Of a stretch of 64,000 nucleotides of DNA, positions 20,691 through 29,175 are shown in pieces. The notes under the pieces were generated by a model that saw only the letters and a program-made list of their open reading frames with translations, did not search any database and was not told where the DNA came from. The position numbers and the translations under genes were made by a program. Positions within the stretch are counted from its first letter, which is position 1, and each line of letters begins with the position of its first letter. Origin of the DNA: Bacillota bacterium (GTDB taxonomy: Bacteria > Bacillota_I > Bacilli_A > RF39 > UBA660); assembly GCA_015059285.1 (NCBI GenBank), contig SVAS01000003.1, forward strand, positions 2,679 through 66,678. The letters are read 5' to 3'.

Positions 20691-20766
20691 TGGCGCCCAA
20701 TGTAGGACTCGAACCTACGACCTATCGGTTAACAGCCGAGTGCTCTACCGACTGAGCTAATTGGGC
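20691..20766 (-). tRNA. tRNA-Asn (GUU), CCA encoded, second tandem copy
   Basis: Identical to the first copy except for a compensatory acceptor-stem pair (C4:G69 instead of U4:A69). Confidence 0.93.
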
Positions 20767-20833
20767 ACTTAAATTAAGTTACGTAAGTAATTATAAAATA
20801 GAATGATTTAAATGTCAATAGTTTTTGAAAAAA

Positions 20834-20861
20834 AAGGAAATAAGAAAATACTTATTCCCTT
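20834..20861 (-). terminator. Terminator after the zinc-ribbon gene
   Basis: 11-bp stem with one mismatch (aaggaaataag/cttattccctt), followed on the minus strand by a T-run. Confidence 0.6.
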
Positions 20862-20885
20862 TTATTATATGTTATTTATAAACTA

Positions 20886-21971
20886 TTATTCTTTATTTTG
20901 ACTAAGAGTAAATATTTCATTACTTATATCTTTAAATTCAAAATTATCCTTAAATAAATCAGTAGTATTATTTTCTTTTACATTACCCATAACACTTAAA
21001 ATATTATTAAGTAAAATATCATCTACTTCTCCTTTGAATTTTAAATCTGTAACTAATACTTTTTCTTCATTAATATTTGTTACAATAACATACACACTAT
21101 AATCATAATATTTACCTTTAAATAAATAGTAATCATGTTCTTCATATTCTTTTGAATAATTACTTGTAAATTGATATTTTAAATTACCTAAAGATGTTAC
21201 TAACTCATCTTTATTAGTTACAAATGCTTCATAATTAGCATTATCAATAACTTGGATACTTGCGGTCCAATTTTGAGTATCATCATAAATTAATAAACTA
21301 CTTTTTCCATTTTCAGTTATCCAACTAGAAGGAAGCGTTAATTTATAATTTTTATAAGAAACTTTAGAATAAGTTAATTTTTCTTCTGTTGGTTCTGTTG
21401 TTCCATTAGCCTTAGCATTACCATTAATTATAAATAAATAAATATTTCCAACTAAAGAGCAGATTAAAAGTAAAGATAATAAGATCATACCCGAATTAGA
21501 TGGATTTTTTACTGGTTTATTTTTTTCTTTTGGTTTTACTACTTTTTCAGGTTTACTATTTGCTTTATCCAAAACTTTCTTTTGTTCTGATTTAACTATC
21601 TTTTTAACTTCGACTACTGGTTCTTGAACTTCTTCCTTAATTTCAGTTTTAACTTCTTCTATTTTAACATCTTCAACAATTGGTTCTTCTTTTACATCTT
21701 CAATTATAGTTTCTTCTACAACTTCTGGTACTTCAATTTCTTTTACTTGTTCTTCCTTTTTCTCTTCTTTTTTAATAGGTTCTTCTACTAAATTAACAAT
21801 ATTATCTAAATCCGGTAAATCTATTGACATATCAGAAGTTTCTTCCATATCTTCTGGTAAATCTATAATTTCTGGAGCTTTTTCTCTTTTTGAAAAATCA
21901 GTTTTATTTCCACATATACGACAAGTATTTTCTCCTGGTATAATTGGCGTACCACACTTGTTACATTTCAT
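20886..21971 (-). CDS. Zinc-ribbon membrane protein with acidic E/K/V-rich linker
   Basis: N-terminal CxxC-x13-CxxC (MKCNKCG...CRICGN), a ~120-aa low-complexity E/K/V/P region, one TM (MILLSLLLICSLVGNIYLFII) and an extracytoplasmic C-terminal domain. Confidence 0.55.
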   Translation of the reverse strand: MKCNKCGTPIIPGENTCRICGNKTDFSKREKAPEIIDLPEDMEETSDMSIDLPDLDNIVNLVEEPIKKEEKKEEQVKEIEVPEVVEETIIEDVKEEPIVEDVKIEEVKTEIKEEVQEPVVEVKKIVKSEQKKVLDKANSKPEKVVKPKEKNKPVKNPSNSGMILLSLLLICSLVGNIYLFIINGNAKANGTTEPTEEKLTYSKVSYKNYKLTLPSSWITENGKSSLLIYDDTQNWTASIQVIDNANYEAFVTNKDELVTSLGNLKYQFTSNYSKEYEEHDYYLFKGKYYDYSVYVIVTNINEEKVLVTDLKFKGEVDDILLNNILSVMGNVKENNTTDLFKDNFEFKDISNEIFTLSQNKE

Positions 21972-22068
21972 AATAACACCTCACAATGTTTACCCCTCTA
22001 CTACAATTATACTTCTTATAAAAAATTTGTCAATAAAACATTGATTATTATGTGTCTAGTTAATGTAA

Positions 22069-22090
22069 AAAATAATCCGAAGATTATTTT
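22069..22090 (-). terminator. Hairpin overlapping the spoIVA stop
   Basis: 9-bp stem aaaataatc/gattatttt with loop cgaa. The T-run is short. Confidence 0.45.
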
Positions 22091-23564
22091 ATAATACTAT
22101 TGCAAATAAATTACCAGAACCTTTATTTACTAATTTAGATAATGTTTGTTGTAATTTATACCTTGCGTTTTCAGGTAATAATGAAAGTTTTGCTTGAATT
22201 CCTTCTTGAACAATACTATCTAAACTACGACCAAATATTTCACTTTTCCATATATTACCACTTTCTTCACTAGAATCTTTCATTAAATAATTTATTAATT
22301 CTTTACTTTGAAGTTCTGATCCTATGATTGGCTCAAAAGTTGATTCTACATCCACCCTAATCATGTGTATTGAAGGTGCGACTGCTTTTAACTTAATTCC
22401 ATATCTACTACCTTGTTTAATTATTTCAGGAGTATCTAATTTCATATCCATTAAACTTGGAGACGCTACTCCATAACCAGTTTGTTTAACCATTTTTAAA
22501 GCACCTTTAATTTGATCATATTCTTGTTTTGCTTCATTATAATCTTGGAATAAAGATAATAATTGTGATTTGCTCTGAATATCTATACCAATAATTTCTT
22601 TAAGAACTTGATTGTAAAGTTCTGAAGGAGCCTGTAAAGTAATTGTAACCTCACCTGTAGATGTGTTTACGTCTGATAAATAGGCTTTACTAATATATTC
22701 AGAATCTGTAAAATGATTAGTTATTGTTTCAATATCACGTAATTTATCTACTTCTACAACACTCTCTTTTATTTTTTCAATGTAAATCTTTTTAAGCCAA
22801 TTATTTGGTGATAGGCATGCAATCCATTCTGGCATATCAACTTTTACTTCAACTACTGGAAACTCATATAAAGCTTCTCTTAAAATATTATAAATATCTC
22901 TTTCAGCCATATTCTCAACACTAATAGGTAGTACTGGTACATTATAATTATCTCTCATACTTTCAGATAATCTTTCAGTTTCTGGAAGCATTGGATGAGT
23001 AGAATTTAATAATACTATAAATGGCTTACCAATTTCTTTTAATTCATCTATTACTCTTTGTTCTGCTTCTAAATAATCATTTCTACTAATTTCTCCAATA
23101 GAACCATCTGTTGTAACTACAATACCGATTGTAGAATGATCTTTTATAACTTTTTCAGTTCCTATTTCCGCAGCTTCTATAAAAGGAATTTGTTCATCAT
23201 ACCAAGGTGTTTTTACCATCCTAGGACCATTTTCATCTTCATAACCTTTAGCTGAAGGAATTACATAACCAACACAATCTACTAAACGAACATTTGCACT
23301 AAAATCATCAATTTTAATAGTTGCGGCATTAGAAGGTACAAACTTAGGTTCTGTCGTCATAATTGTTTTCCCTTGAGCACTTTGAGGTATTTCATCTAAT
23401 GCCCTTTTTCTTTCATACTCATCTTCAATATTAGGAACTACTAAATTTTCTATAACTTTTTTTATAAAAGTTGATTTTCCTGTTCTAACAGCCCCTACTA
23501 CACCTAAATAAATATCTCCTCCAGTTCGTTCAGTAATACTTTTAATAATATCAAATTTTTCCAT
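22089..23564 (-). CDS. spoIVA: Stage IV sporulation protein A (spore coat morphogenetic ATPase)
   Basis: 491 aa with characteristic N-terminus TGGDIYLGVVGAVRTGKSTFIKK (Walker A) and full-length SpoIVA-like sequence. Confidence 0.93.
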   Translation of the reverse strand: MEKFDIIKSITERTGGDIYLGVVGAVRTGKSTFIKKVIENLVVPNIEDEYERKRALDEIPQSAQGKTIMTTEPKFVPSNAATIKIDDFSANVRLVDCVGYVIPSAKGYEDENGPRMVKTPWYDEQIPFIEAAEIGTEKVIKDHSTIGIVVTTDGSIGEISRNDYLEAEQRVIDELKEIGKPFIVLLNSTHPMLPETERLSESMRDNYNVPVLPISVENMAERDIYNILREALYEFPVVEVKVDMPEWIACLSPNNWLKKIYIEKIKESVVEVDKLRDIETITNHFTDSEYISKAYLSDVNTSTGEVTITLQAPSELYNQVLKEIIGIDIQSKSQLLSLFQDYNEAKQEYDQIKGALKMVKQTGYGVASPSLMDMKLDTPEIIKQGSRYGIKLKAVAPSIHMIRVDVESTFEPIIGSELQSKELINYLMKDSSEESGNIWKSEIFGRSLDSIVQEGIQAKLSLLPENARYKLQQTLSKLVNKGSGNLFAIVL

Positions 23565-23634
23565 TTAATCCCTACTTTCCATAATTCATTAAAATATATG
23601 AATAGAAAGTATTTATTATGTATAAAAAGAAAAA

Positions 23635-23654
23635 AAGATAGAAAACTCTATCTT
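23635..23654 (-). terminator. Terminator after the pilin-like gene
   Basis: 8-bp stem aagataga/tctatctt, followed on the minus strand by a long T-run. Confidence 0.6.
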
Positions 23655-23661
23655 AAAATAA

Positions 23662-24732
23662 TTATTTTGAAAGTTCTATTACTGGACGGACACCATAGCG
23701 ATCGGCATAGTAGGAAAAACCAGAGTTAACACTACCATCATAGTAAACATACCAACCGCCATCATTGCCAACTCCCGCAAAAGCAGAACTCGTCCAATAT
23801 CCAGATGGTGTAGATAAACCATCTCCTAAATCATTGTATAACCAACTATTACTAATAAATTCATCGGCTTCTGTTTTTGTTAACATTCTTGCTCTTGCAT
23901 TTGGTCTTGTCATTGTTCCATATACGCTATCCGTTAATGTAAAATCCTTAGCTGCTATATTTGTCCAGCTACTTGTTTGACTTTCTAAGTAATTTAATGC
24001 TGTTATTGGTCCATTAATTGGATTGCCACACCCAGTACATTCCGCATTCCATCCTGATTCTGTTCCACCAGAAGTAATATAATCACTTTTATTAATCCAT
24101 GCTACTGTTTCACCTATATTTTTTTCCATTAGTAATGTTACTTTATTATCGACATCACTTACTACATAGAAGTTTTGGATATTTCCAGGGGCTACTTCTA
24201 TCGCAAATTTTGTACCTACTGCACATGTACCTGTTGTTGCACATGCATTTACAACATTTTCTGAAAATGTTGTCTTTCTTGCTAAATAAGCTAATGTCCC
24301 AGGTTGTAGTTCTCCGACTGGTAATTCACAGTTATCTATGTCTGATTCCGAATCAATCTTACTATCATCGTATCCTTTTGTGATACACATTGCTCCATTT
24401 GATATTGCTATCGCTACTTTACCATCACGTGTAACTTTAATACTACCACTTGATGGTAATGCTCCTTTGACTTCTAATTTGTTTGTTCCAACAAACTCTC
24501 CATCTTCAATTGTGAATTCTACATCACTTGTCATTCCATTTTCTAATAGAGCCTGAGCATAATACATTTCCCCTGCACTTATTAATCCATATGCAGTATC
24601 TTCAAATGCACTCTTTCTTGCACTTGTTATGATATTCATTATTACTGGTACTGCGATTAGGGCTATTATTGCTAGTATTACTATTACTGCTAGTAACTCA
24701 ATTAAGGTAAAACCTCTTTTGTTTTGTTTCAT
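23662..24732 (-). CDS. Prepilin-type N-terminal cleavage/methylation domain protein with large C-terminal domain
   Basis: Class III signal MKQNKRG|FTLIELLAVIVILAIIALIAVP. The C-terminus (GYWTSS...YGVRPVIEL) resembles DUF1566-type domains. The ATG at 24732 preceded by AAGGAGTG is preferred over the GTG at 24741. Confidence 0.8.
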   Translation of the reverse strand: MKQNKRGFTLIELLAVIVILAIIALIAVPVIMNIITSARKSAFEDTAYGLISAGEMYYAQALLENGMTSDVEFTIEDGEFVGTNKLEVKGALPSSGSIKVTRDGKVAIAISNGAMCITKGYDDSKIDSESDIDNCELPVGELQPGTLAYLARKTTFSENVVNACATTGTCAVGTKFAIEVAPGNIQNFYVVSDVDNKVTLLMEKNIGETVAWINKSDYITSGGTESGWNAECTGCGNPINGPITALNYLESQTSSWTNIAAKDFTLTDSVYGTMTRPNARARMLTKTEADEFISNSWLYNDLGDGLSTPSGYWTSSAFAGVGNDGGWYVYYDGSVNSGFSYYADRYGVRPVIELSK

Positions 24733-24939
24733 ATTTTCCACTCCTTCTTTCTTATCTTGAACAATTTTTTTATTCTTTTATGCATTTGTTTAATTTGTAT
24801 AACATATTGTTCTAGATTAATTTTGCAACATAAATATTTTGCTGTCAATAACATAATGTTTTATTTTGTTATCATTGACATATTTATTATACATAAACTT
24901 TATTTAAAGTGGTTTCTATAACATAAATTACATATAAAA

Positions 24940-24961
24940 AAGAATTTATTTCTAAATTCTT
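24940..24961 (-). terminator. Terminator after spoVIF
   Basis: 8-bp stem aagaattt/aaattctt with a T-run on the minus strand. Confidence 0.55.
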
Positions 24962-25205
24962 ATAAAAACTTATTTAAATCTTTTGGCACTTGGTCATTAA
25001 CAACCGCACTTACTATTTTATCCTCTTTTTCTTTAGATACTTCTTTACCAGTCATTGTACCTAACTCTTGTATTATCTCTCTTAATGTAGCTTCATTTTT
25101 TAAATCTGATTGTTGAAGTTTACTAGCTAAATCTAAAATTGTTTGTTTATTTACATTTGTTTTCTTTTCTATTTTATTAAAAAAACTATCTGAAAAATTA
25201 AACAT
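24960..25205 (-). CDS. spoVIF: Stage VI sporulation protein F-like
   Basis: 81 aa. The pattern FFNKIEKKTNVNKQTILDLA...KEKEDKIVSAVVNDQVPKDL matches the SpoVIF/YjcC family as I recall it. Confidence 0.7.
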   Translation of the reverse strand: MFNFSDSFFNKIEKKTNVNKQTILDLASKLQQSDLKNEATLREIIQELGTMTGKEVSKEKEDKIVSAVVNDQVPKDLNKFL

Positions 25206-25266
25206 TAGAATTCCTCCCTAACTTAATATATGCAAGAGTAAAATTTTAGTTAAAAAAAAGAACGTT

Positions 25267-26580
25267 TTACTGTTCTCCTTTGTTTTTAAATTGTAATACT
25301 ATTGGTGTTCCTTCAAAATCAAATGATTCTCTAATTTTATTTTCTAAATATCTTTCATAAGAGAAGTGTATTAATCCTTTACTATTAACTTGTATATTAA
25401 AAGTTGGTGGACAAATACTTGCTTGATTTGAAAAATATATTTTTAATCTTTTACCTTTATATGTTGGTGGTAAGTTTAGATTATAAGCATCTAATATTAC
25501 ATCATTTAATACATTTGTTTTTACTTCTCTTCTACTATTTTCATAAACTCTAAGTATTTCTGGCATTAATGTATGAATTCTTTTTTTAGTAAGAGCGGAT
25601 AAAAATACTATTGGAGCGTAAGGCATAAATTGAAAGTTAGCTCTTATTTCTTTAGTAAACCTTTTCATTTCTTCATCTTTGTTTTCAATTACATCCCATT
25701 TATTAACTACAATAATAACAGCTTTGCCTGCTTCTATAGCATATCCTGCAATATGTTTATCATGTTCAATTATACCAGTACTAGCATCAATTACAATTAA
25801 ACATACATCCGATCTATCTATTGCTTTTAAAGAACGAAGTAAGCTATATTTTTCAATATTTTCATATACTTTGCCTCTTTTTCTCATACCAGCTGTATCA
25901 ATAACAATATATTCTTTATTATGGTATGTAAAAGGAGTATCAATAGCATCTCTAGTAGTTCCAGCAACATCTGATACAATTACTCTTTCTTCATTTAATA
26001 AAGCATTTACTAAACTACTTTTTCCTACGTTTGGTCTACCTATTACTGAAAATTTAACAATATCGTCTTCACTTTCATTTTCAAATTCTTTAAAATCTTT
26101 TGTGATTTCTTCTAACAGGTTATAAATTCCAATATTTTGTTCACCACTAACATTAATATAATTATCAAAACCTAATTCATAAAAATCATATAAATGATCC
26201 TTAGCTTGTTTTGAATCTGTTTTATTTATTACTACAATAACTTTTTTACCAGATTTTATAAGTAAATCTCTAACAACATAATCATTAGCAGTTATGCCTT
26301 CTTTACCATCAACAATAAATAAAACTACATCAGCTTCTTCAATCGCAATTTCCGCTTGAACTTTAATTTCATCATTAAAATGCTCATCTGTTATATCAAT
26401 ACCGCCAGTATCAATTAAATGAAATTTATATTTACCAAATTCACAGTTACCATATATTCTATCTCTAGTAACCCCTGGCGTATCTTCAATAATAGATATT
26501 TTTTTACCTACTAAGCGATTAAAGATTGTAGATTTACCTACATTTGGTCTTCCTACTAACGCTACTACAGGTTTTTTCAT
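25267..26580 (-). CDS. der: Ribosome-associated GTPase Der (EngA)
   Basis: Two tandem GTPase domains (GRPNVGKST twice, DTGG/DTAG, NKTD/NKWD) plus a KH-like C-terminus. Confidence 0.96.
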   Translation of the reverse strand: MKKPVVALVGRPNVGKSTIFNRLVGKKISIIEDTPGVTRDRIYGNCEFGKYKFHLIDTGGIDITDEHFNDEIKVQAEIAIEEADVVLFIVDGKEGITANDYVVRDLLIKSGKKVIVVINKTDSKQAKDHLYDFYELGFDNYINVSGEQNIGIYNLLEEITKDFKEFENESEDDIVKFSVIGRPNVGKSSLVNALLNEERVIVSDVAGTTRDAIDTPFTYHNKEYIVIDTAGMRKRGKVYENIEKYSLLRSLKAIDRSDVCLIVIDASTGIIEHDKHIAGYAIEAGKAVIIVVNKWDVIENKDEEMKRFTKEIRANFQFMPYAPIVFLSALTKKRIHTLMPEILRVYENSRREVKTNVLNDVILDAYNLNLPPTYKGKRLKIYFSNQASICPPTFNIQVNSKGLIHFSYERYLENKIRESFDFEGTPIVLQFKNKGEQ

Positions 26581-26630
26581 AAAATCACCTCTGACTAATA
26601 ATTATAACACAAAATACGTTTGATACCAAA

Positions 26631-27128
26631 TTAATTTAAAGTTATTTTTTGTCCTAGTTTTACTACCTCACTACATTCATTTCCATATATTAAATTTCCT
26701 AACTCAAATAACTCACTCATTTTATAAACATCTAAATTACTATTTAAATATAAATAATAACTGCCCTTAAAAAAATAGATATCTAATTTTTTTAAGATGT
26801 TTTTATCTAACATGAATATATCCTTAATTTTATATAAAAATATTACATCTGATATAACATTAATACGCATATCTACTTTACTATCAAAGTATTCAAAATA
26901 TTCAATATCTTCATGCTCTATTTCTAGAAATGCCCCATATTTTTTATTCATATAAATATTAATGTTATAATATCCTTTTATATTAATATTATATAATAAT
27001 TTCAGTTTTAAAAATATATTTCTAAAATGTTTTTCAACATTTTCTTTACTATCAAAATCTATATTTTTAATATTAAATGTATTTAAAAAAACGATTATAT
27101 TATTATCGTCAATGATACTTACTTTCAT
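26631..27128 (-). CDS. Hypothetical protein
   Basis: 165-aa ORF between engB and der. There is only a weak resemblance to MecA-type adaptor N-domains, too weak to support a call. Confidence 0.4.
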   Translation of the reverse strand: MKVSIIDDNNIIVFLNTFNIKNIDFDSKENVEKHFRNIFLKLKLLYNINIKGYYNINIYMNKKYGAFLEIEHEDIEYFEYFDSKVDMRINVISDVIFLYKIKDIFMLDKNILKKLDIYFFKGSYYLYLNSNLDVYKMSELFELGNLIYGNECSEVVKLGQKITLN

Positions 27129-27174
27129 ATAGTCACCTAAATTATTGTATGAAAATAAATATATTATGAGATAA

Positions 27175-27810
27175 CTAAATCGTTCTTCCTATCTTTTTAT
27201 ATACTTCATCTTTTCCTAATTTTGTAACATTGGAAAACATTACAAAATCATCCCCTACTACTAAATCTAATTCTTCTAATATAAGATTACGTTGTTTTTG
27301 TTGACTTGTTATTCCTACTTTATCAGTTTTAGTAGCAATAATTGTAACTGGTAATTCATAATGCTTTAAAAAATTATACATCATGATATCATCATTACTC
27401 GGTTTATGTCTAAAGTCAATTAACATAAAAACTTGTTTTAAATTTTTACGATTAACTAAATAATCCTCCATCATAAGACCAAATTTACGTTGTTTCTTTT
27501 TACTTAAATTAGCATACCCATATCCAGGCGCATCTACTAAATAAAATGAATCATTAACTAAATAAAAGTTAATTGTTTGAGTTTTACCTGGGTTTGATGA
27601 TGTTCTAGCATAATTTTTACGATTAATTAAAGTATTAATAAAACTACTTTTCCCTACATTAGATCTTCCAACCATTAAAAATTCTGGCTTTTCATCAGTT
27701 GGATATTGACTACGTCTAACAGCTGAAATTTTTAATTCAACAGAACTAATACGCATAAAATCACTGTCCTTTAATGCCTCAATTATATCAAAAGAGTAGT
27801 CCATTGTCAA
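27175..27810 (-). CDS. engB: Ribosome biogenesis GTP-binding protein YsxC/EngB
   Basis: GRSNVGKSSFINTLINRKNYARTSSNPGKTQTINFY and DAPGYGYA motifs. The real start may be the internal Met (MRISSVELKISAV, about 27756). Confidence 0.9.
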   Translation of the reverse strand: MTMDYSFDIIEALKDSDFMRISSVELKISAVRRSQYPTDEKPEFLMVGRSNVGKSSFINTLINRKNYARTSSNPGKTQTINFYLVNDSFYLVDAPGYGYANLSKKKQRKFGLMMEDYLVNRKNLKQVFMLIDFRHKPSNDDIMMYNFLKHYELPVTIIATKTDKVGITSQQKQRNLILEELDLVVGDDFVMFSNVTKLGKDEVYKKIGRTI

Positions 27811-27813
27811 AAA

Positions 27814-29175
27814 TTATTTATAATGATTTTTAACTATATTTTGATAAGCATATCCTTTTTCTAAAAAATTTTTATAATACTCATAACTAGGTGCTGCTGG
27901 ACTAAGTAAACAAATCATATCTTTTTTAGTAACTTTGGCTGCAATACTTACAGCTTCTTCTAAAGTTTCTACAAAATAAATATTTTTGTTATTATTTAAT
28001 TTTTTACCAATCACCATACCAGTTGTTGGCATACATATAATATTTTCTACATCACATTTATTTAAAAATTCTATAAAGTCATTATAATCTATTCCTCTAT
28101 CCATGCCCCCAAAAATTAATGTATTAACACGCTTTAAAGAATTTATAGCTGCAATGGTTGCCTCTGGGATAGTCGCAATTGTATCACTATAATAAGTAAT
28201 AGAATTAAATGTTCCAATATTTTCCATACGATGAGAAAGCCCTTTAAAACTATTTATTGTCTCTATTGTTTTATTTAAATCTAAATTAAATAATTTTGAA
28301 AACAACAATACTACCATAATATTTTTTAAATTATGTATGCCTAATAATTTTCTTTCATCATTAATGTTATAAAGTTTTTCACCATTAAAAACTATATAAT
28401 CATCTTCTATATAAATAGTCTTATCATCTACTAATTTAGAATTATCTGTAAATTTATATAAAGAACAAAAATAACTATTGTCTTTTATTTTATCTGCTAA
28501 AGTATCATTATCTAAACAATACACGCCAATATCACTAAAAGTTTGATATTTAAACATATTCATCTTACAGTCATGATAATGATTAACACTTCCAGCATGA
28601 TCCAAATGATCTTGAAATAAATTTAAGATAACTCCATAATGTGGGGAGGTATTAATAAATTCTAATTGATGACTAGACATTTCTACTACCAAAATAGAAT
28701 CATCATTAAATTTATCAATATCATCTAGTGTAGGGTTACCTATATTACCAAGTAAAAATACATTTTCTCTTTGAGATTTTAAAACTTCATATAAAAGTGT
28801 AGAAGTTGTACTTTTACCTTTAGTACCAGTTATCCCTATAACATTATTTTTATAATATTTAAGTAAAAGTTCTAACTGTGATGTTATTTTTTCTCTAATG
28901 TTACTAGTTTCAATATCTTTAAATGTTATACCCGGAGATTTAATAATTAAATCATAAATATCTAAATTATTTAAATAATCATCCCCCATAACAAAATCAA
29001 TATTATTATCATTTTGTAACATTTCTAAAGTACTAACATCATTTTTATCAATAATAGTAATAATTTGATTAGGTAAATATTTTCTAATAAAATTATAAGT
29101 TGATTTACCTTCTACTCCAAAACCTAATATTGCTACTTTTTTATCTTTTAATTCTTCAACTATTTTATGATACAT
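27814..29175 (-). CDS. murD: MurD-type UDP-N-acetylmuramoyl-L-alanine--glutamate ligase (possibly the L-Glu-adding MurD2 type)
   Basis: Mur ligase P-loop GITGTKGKSTT and Rossmann N-terminus VAILGFGVEGKSTYNF. It lies outside any dcw context and overlaps the upstream PP-loop gene by 11 nt. Confidence 0.8.
   Translation of the reverse strand: MYHKIVEELKDKKVAILGFGVEGKSTYNFIRKYLPNQIITIIDKNDVSTLEMLQNDNNIDFVMGDDYLNNLDIYDLIIKSPGITFKDIETSNIREKITSQLELLLKYYKNNVIGITGTKGKSTTSTLLYEVLKSQRENVFLLGNIGNPTLDDIDKFNDDSILVVEMSSHQLEFINTSPHYGVILNLFQDHLDHAGSVNHYHDCKMNMFKYQTFSDIGVYCLDNDTLADKIKDNSYFCSLYKFTDNSKLVDDKTIYIEDDYIVFNGEKLYNINDERKLLGIHNLKNIMVVLLFSKLFNLDLNKTIETINSFKGLSHRMENIGTFNSITYYSDTIATIPEATIAAINSLKRVNTLIFGGMDRGIDYNDFIEFLNKCDVENIICMPTTGMVIGKKLNNNKNIYFVETLEEAVSIAAKVTKKDMICLLSPAAPSYEYYKNFLEKGYAYQNIVKNHYK

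Noticed and set aside
21540-21800. Possible tandem DNA repeat underlying the E/K/V-rich region of the zinc-ribbon protein.
   Set aside because: The protein shows compositional bias (EEV/KEE-like words) but no exact repeating unit at the nucleotide level that I could align. It is treated as low-complexity sequence, not a repeat array.
26631-27128. MecA-like adaptor assignment for the 165-aa ORF between engB and der.
   Set aside because: There is only a vague resemblance in the first ~15 residues. The length is too short and the C-terminal ClpC-binding domain is missing, so it is left as hypothetical.
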